Below, in pieces: positions 59,656 through 64,000 of a stretch of 64,000 bases of DNA (within the stretch, counting starts at the first letter, position 1; every line of letters starts with the position of its first letter). The stretch lies in assembly GCA_010015805.1 (NCBI GenBank), contig ML978129.1:1364001-1428000 (forward strand), given 5' to 3'. Made by a program: the position numbers and the translations under genes. The stretch is from Rhizodiscina lignyota. Its lineage: Eukaryota. The notes under the pieces were generated by a model. It saw nothing but the letters and a program-made list of their open reading frames with translations. It made no database searches and had not been told where the DNA came from.

Positions 59656-61540
59656 ATGGCTGCGCAACAACCGGATATCTCGAGTTTACTTGCTGCGTTA
59701 GGTGTGTATCAAGCCTTACCTTCTACTTCAATGATTCTGACTATTTCATAGCGGCGCAGCGAACGGCAGGCACCCCATCACACCCTCCCGCCGCTGCTCC
59801 TTCGGCAATTCCTCAAGCTTATCCTGGCTCGCTTCCGACACCGACACAGTCTGGGGCAATACCAGGCTACTCATTGCCTCAGCCAACAAATTCTGGGAGT
59901 CTGGACCTGAGCAGCATCAAACCTGTTAACACTGGCTCCGTGAGTCTTGCTGATGCTGTGGCGAAAGCACGAGGAATCGCGGCTGAGAAAGGTGTCGCAT
60001 ACGAATCTGGCAGGAGCAGTGCTGGTGAGTCTATTTTTAACCCTCCTTCGTGTTATACGAATAACTAACATTCGGCCCTTATTTTATAGGCTCTGGACGC
60101 GACCCACGACTATCTGGCCGATCGTATCGTCGTTCCCGTTCGAGATCCCGATCTCCACCCCGTCGTGACCAGTTTCGCGACAACTACAATCCATATCGGG
60201 ATGAACGAAGAGACGATCCTCGCAGAGGTGATGGCTCCCGACGCTCGCGATCCCGATCACCACCTCGTGGCAGAGCGCCCTTTTCCCCCCAGCGCGATTT
60301 TAGCGGCGGGCGCAATCGATCACCAGCGCGCGGTGGTGACGAGAACTCCGAGCTAATACTCATCGACTCTGCACTTGTTGGTCTTGTCATCGGCAGGCAA
60401 GGCGAAAATCTGCGACGCGTGGAGCAAGACACTGGTACTCGCATCCAATTTGTTACTGGACCAGAATCATCCGGACCACAGCGACAATGCAGGATCTCTG
60501 GACCACCTCGAGCGCGCATTGATGCCAAGCGCGAGATCAACAGGATCATAGATGAGAACGGCGGCAATCCCGTGAAGGAGGTGTCAGCGGCATCACCGGC
60601 AAATCGCAACGCAGGACGACCCAAGGATGGCAGCAATCATCCGGCACTCCGCGAAGGCGAAAATAGCATACAAATAATGGTTCCAGATCGTACGGTGGGA
60701 CTAATTATTGGTCGCGGTGGCGAGACAATTCGTGACCTGCAAGAGCGTAGTGGCTGCCATGTTAACATTGTCGGCGAGAACAAGAGCGTAAACGGCCTGC
60801 GGCCTGTCAACCTGATCGGAAGCAAAGAATCCGCTGATCATGCCAAAAACCTGATCATGGAGATTGTGGAGAGCGATACAAGGACTCACGGTGGGCCACC
60901 ACAAGGTCAAGGAGGTCAAGGAGGCCAAGGACTCCAAGGTGGCCAAGGCGGCCAAGGCGGCCGCAACTACGATTCCTATCAAGGTGGATCTGGCGGACCT
61001 AGTGGAGGAGACAAAATTAACGACAAGATCGTTGTGCCGTCCGATGCTGTTGGCATGATCATCGGAAAGGGCGGGGAGACGATCAAGGACATGCAAAACT
61101 TCACCAGCTGCAAGATCAACGTGACCCCACCTTCGAACCCTGATGTTGAGCGAGAAATTGGCCTCATTGGGACAAGGCAAGCGATCGATGCCGCCAAGCG
61201 CGCAATTTGGGAGAAGGTCGACTCAGTGCGGAACCGGGATGGGGGTGGTGGGTATAATCGTGGCGGTCGTGGCGGTCGTGACTCCAGCGACCACTACAAT
61301 GGTAGCACCCAAGGACAATACTCACAACCACAGCAACAGCAACAGCCCTATGGACAACAACCGATGGCGCAACCCCCAATGCCAGCTGCTGCTGCTCAAG
61401 GAGATGCCAACGCTGCTGATCCGTATGCCATCTATGGTGGCTATCAGGCCTACCTCGCCATGTGGTATGCTGCAATGGCACAGCAAAAGCAAGCCGGTCA
61501 AGCACCTGGCCAAGGAGCTCCAGGTGCTCCCGGCATCTAG
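59656..61540 (+). CDS. KH-domain RNA-binding protein (FUBP-like, three KH domains, RS-rich segment), 3 exons
   Basis: MAAQQPDISSLLAAL, RSRSRSRSP tracts, GxxG loops IGRQG/IGRGG/IGKGG, DPYA.YGGY..Y..MWY. Introns 59702-59751 and 60025-60089. Confidence 0.93.
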
Positions 61541-63415
61541 ACTGGATGGGACGTGACAGACCGCTGCGTGACGCCGTGACGTACGTAAGCTGCGACCGCC
61601 TGCCTGCTTGACCGTGCTTCTTTTTGATTCTTGACTTTGTGGGACCCTTTCCTTTCGACTATTTGACCTCGGACGACCTTATTCGCGATGCGGCGATTAT
61701 CGGTTGATGCGTGCATGCATGACATTGACTCTTCATCCCTTGGAGTTGACGCGTGGGCTGCCAAATATGCCCGTTTGCGGTGACCGCAATGCTCGTTGTC
61801 AGGCTCCGACGCCTGTAAACCTGATTCTTTGGACTACGACAACAATGACTTCACTTTGATTTCGGCGTAATTCCACTGCCTGAAAGGCATCGGCCTTGCG
61901 ATCATTGCAGTGACTGAACACTTATTCTCATGGAGTATCCCTGCGCAGGTCCACTCAGAGCGTGAACGACGCCTCGCACCTTGAGTTTGATACCGCTGGA
62001 GACTTGTCATATCATGCTCCTTGAGATCGTCATGCTATTGCAATGGAGCACACTTGTGAGCAGCAGCAATGAACCGAAAGAGTCATTTGAGACTGCATCA
62101 CCACAACAGCAGGAAAGCAATCCTCGCCAATCCTTTGTCCACTCCAGGCTCGCACGCAACTGAACCCCTGCTCCCACGTTTTTGCTGGCATGCCTCGATG
62201 CTTGACCGCATGCGCAGGTTTCTTGAAGGAGTTGTGATCGTCGGAGGAGGGGTGGACTTGAGGGAAATTCATCGACCTCTTTCTTCATTAATGCACCTCT
62301 GACTTGATGCCTTTTCTTTTATTTCCTTCTACTGCTTTGCGTGTTATTGCCACTGCTTTGAGTGGACTCGGCAGATTGTAAACTAAAGCTTTCGAATTGG
62401 CAATTAATGTATACGTACAATAACCCTTTCAAGCAGTGCGATGCTTTTCCGATCGTAACTCCGGTACCTATGCTATCGCTTAGCCCAGCCTTCCAACATG
62501 CATGCAGATGGACAGCCACCAACACTCTCGACCTTCACCATGCATAACTTGAATCCTCCCTAGTTAGAGATACATGAGGAGCACGTCAAATGGAACTCTC
62601 ATTATCGCAATCGCACCGCAGAGCTCCGTCGGCTGAAAGCCATTGGTCAGTATGCTTGTAGTGGTCAGCGTTTCTAACAGATCTACAGCAGAGCGTCCCG
62701 GGCTTCGAAACAAGCTCAATGATTACTTTCATACAGAGAGACCCGAAACATTGGATTGGACGGTCATCAATCCAATTCGTTTCGAAGGAGGCTCCTATCG
62801 CAGTGCAGCCTCTTGCGCGAATAATTTTCTTCCATAAGCTCGTATTCGCTATACCAGACAACGCCCTCCACCGCAGTCGCACGCTCTCCTCCCGCTCGGA
62901 GTGAGGCCCGATGTCCAGGTCGCAAATTGACTCCTTTGAAAAGTCCCGATGTACCCCTCACCACGCGCGATCGTCGTCTTATCCTCGAGATTGGTACAAA
63001 CTACACGCGAAGCCGTTAGTCACGGCGTGTCAGATCAGCGCTTGTCAGCGATTGCATGTGGAGATGGGCGTGGAGCTGGCACGGAGATGGTGCGCCAGAC
63101 GTTCCTTTGAGTAATTGAGTAAGCGTGAGATTTGGTTTAGCGTGCATTTGGTGGAACGTGGGCCTGAGGAGCCCTTTCGCCTTGGCCCTACAAAAGGCCT
63201 GGACCTCCCCCGTTGAATCTCGTCCGGTCGCTCTCGACTCTCCTCGTCTCACCGTACCCGCCTCAGGCTGACTTCTGTGCCGTTCTAACTCGCCGAGCGC
63301 CCTCTGTCCTACCGTACACCCTTTCTGCGGTTATTTTGCGTTCCTGGAGCCTTTCTGGACGCTCCAGAGTCCAATTGCCCAGCTTCCGCATAGTCTGGAG
63401 GTACCGAGGCTCAAG

Positions 63416-64000
63416 ATGCTCCGCCTACTCGACCTCCCTAACGAGGTCTTGGATATCACCTTTGGAAACCTTCGCCAACCCGAACTCTACAGCCTCTGCC
63501 TTGTGTGCCGAAGGACCTACGCGAGCGCAAAACCACACCTATACCGAGATGTCTCCATTACCGATCGCAAAGACTTCGCCGGCACCGGGACCCTGAACAA
63601 ACTTCGGTCCTTCTTGCTCACGATATGGAGGAACCCAAAGCTCGCCGAGTCTGTCACATCGCTGAAGATGCTCGATGCGCCGAATCGAACGAGTCCGAAG
63701 TTGCGCACTGAGGCCGATTGGCAGGCCCTGAAGCCATATACCCCTTTCCCAGCGCCTGGGGATGAACACGATCGGATAGTGTGTGAAGACTTGGTGGCCC
63801 TCAACGACAATGAGCTAGTTAAACACGTCGATTTTGTGAAGGACCCTCGCGGCGCTGAGTTCATGAGGACGCACTTGTCGGCGAACAGCCGATGCGGCTT
63901 GCTCGGACTGATCCTCAATCGTCTCAATTCGCGTGTGACCACATTGCGGATAGACATTGAGAGGAATACTGCTGGCTCGAAGATGGATCCCCCAATCAAC
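63416..64000 (+). CDS. F-box domain protein, 5' part; runs off the window and is absent from the ORF track
   Basis: MLRLLDLPNEVLDITFGNL...LYSLCLVCRR....A.PHLYRDV..FLLTI.RNPKLA..V..L. Frame is open to the window end. Confidence 0.85.
   Translation, partial: MLRLLDLPNEVLDITFGNLRQPELYSLCLVCRRTYASAKPHLYRDVSITDRKDFAGTGTLNKLRSFLLTIWRNPKLAESVTSLKMLDAPNRTSPKLRTEADWQALKPYTPFPAPGDEHDRIVCEDLVALNDNELVKHVDFVKDPRGAEFMRTHLSANSRCGLLGLILNRLNSRVTTLRIDIERNTAGSKMDPPIN

Noticed and set aside
61980..63400. Cluster of short ORFs between the KH and F-box genes
   Set aside because: No consistent splice model or protein family recognised.

Overview
Intron-containing nuclear DNA of a filamentous ascomycete (Pezizomycotina; short GT-AG introns with CTAAC-type branch sites). 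I find about 31 protein-coding genes and recognise no rRNA, tRNA or CRISPR. The window alternates between conserved core blocks and accessory blocks. Core, 1-19 kb: Argonaute 3' end, HNH-like protein, HAD hydrolase, PP28, MRPL36, flavin reductase-like protein, MED11, TAF5, RPS26, CBS/PB1 protein, glyoxalase-like protein. Core, 32.8-38 kb: ARG8 and a Rox1/Rfg1-like HMG factor. Core, 59.6-61.5 kb: KH-domain protein. Accessory, 20-31.5 kb: two P450s, a 2OG-Fe(II) dioxygenase, a bacterial-like alpha/beta hydrolase and a HeLo-like/NB-ARC/TPR immune receptor (NLR). Accessory, 38.5-58.4 kb: NTF2-like protein, three SDRs, an esterase, an NmrA-like protein and three transcription factors. An F-box gene runs off the right end. 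The most notable non-genic signals are two foldback/MITE-like elements (one in the ARG8 promoter), a hairpin made of two HMG-box sites inside the HMG gene's own intron, a ~117-bp duplication encoding a repeated 'YGxFVxQGN' peptide just upstream of the NLR, and PDRE-type palindromes around an SDR. No new system is proven; these are hypotheses. Exon boundaries were read by eye and family calls come from motif recognition, not database searches.
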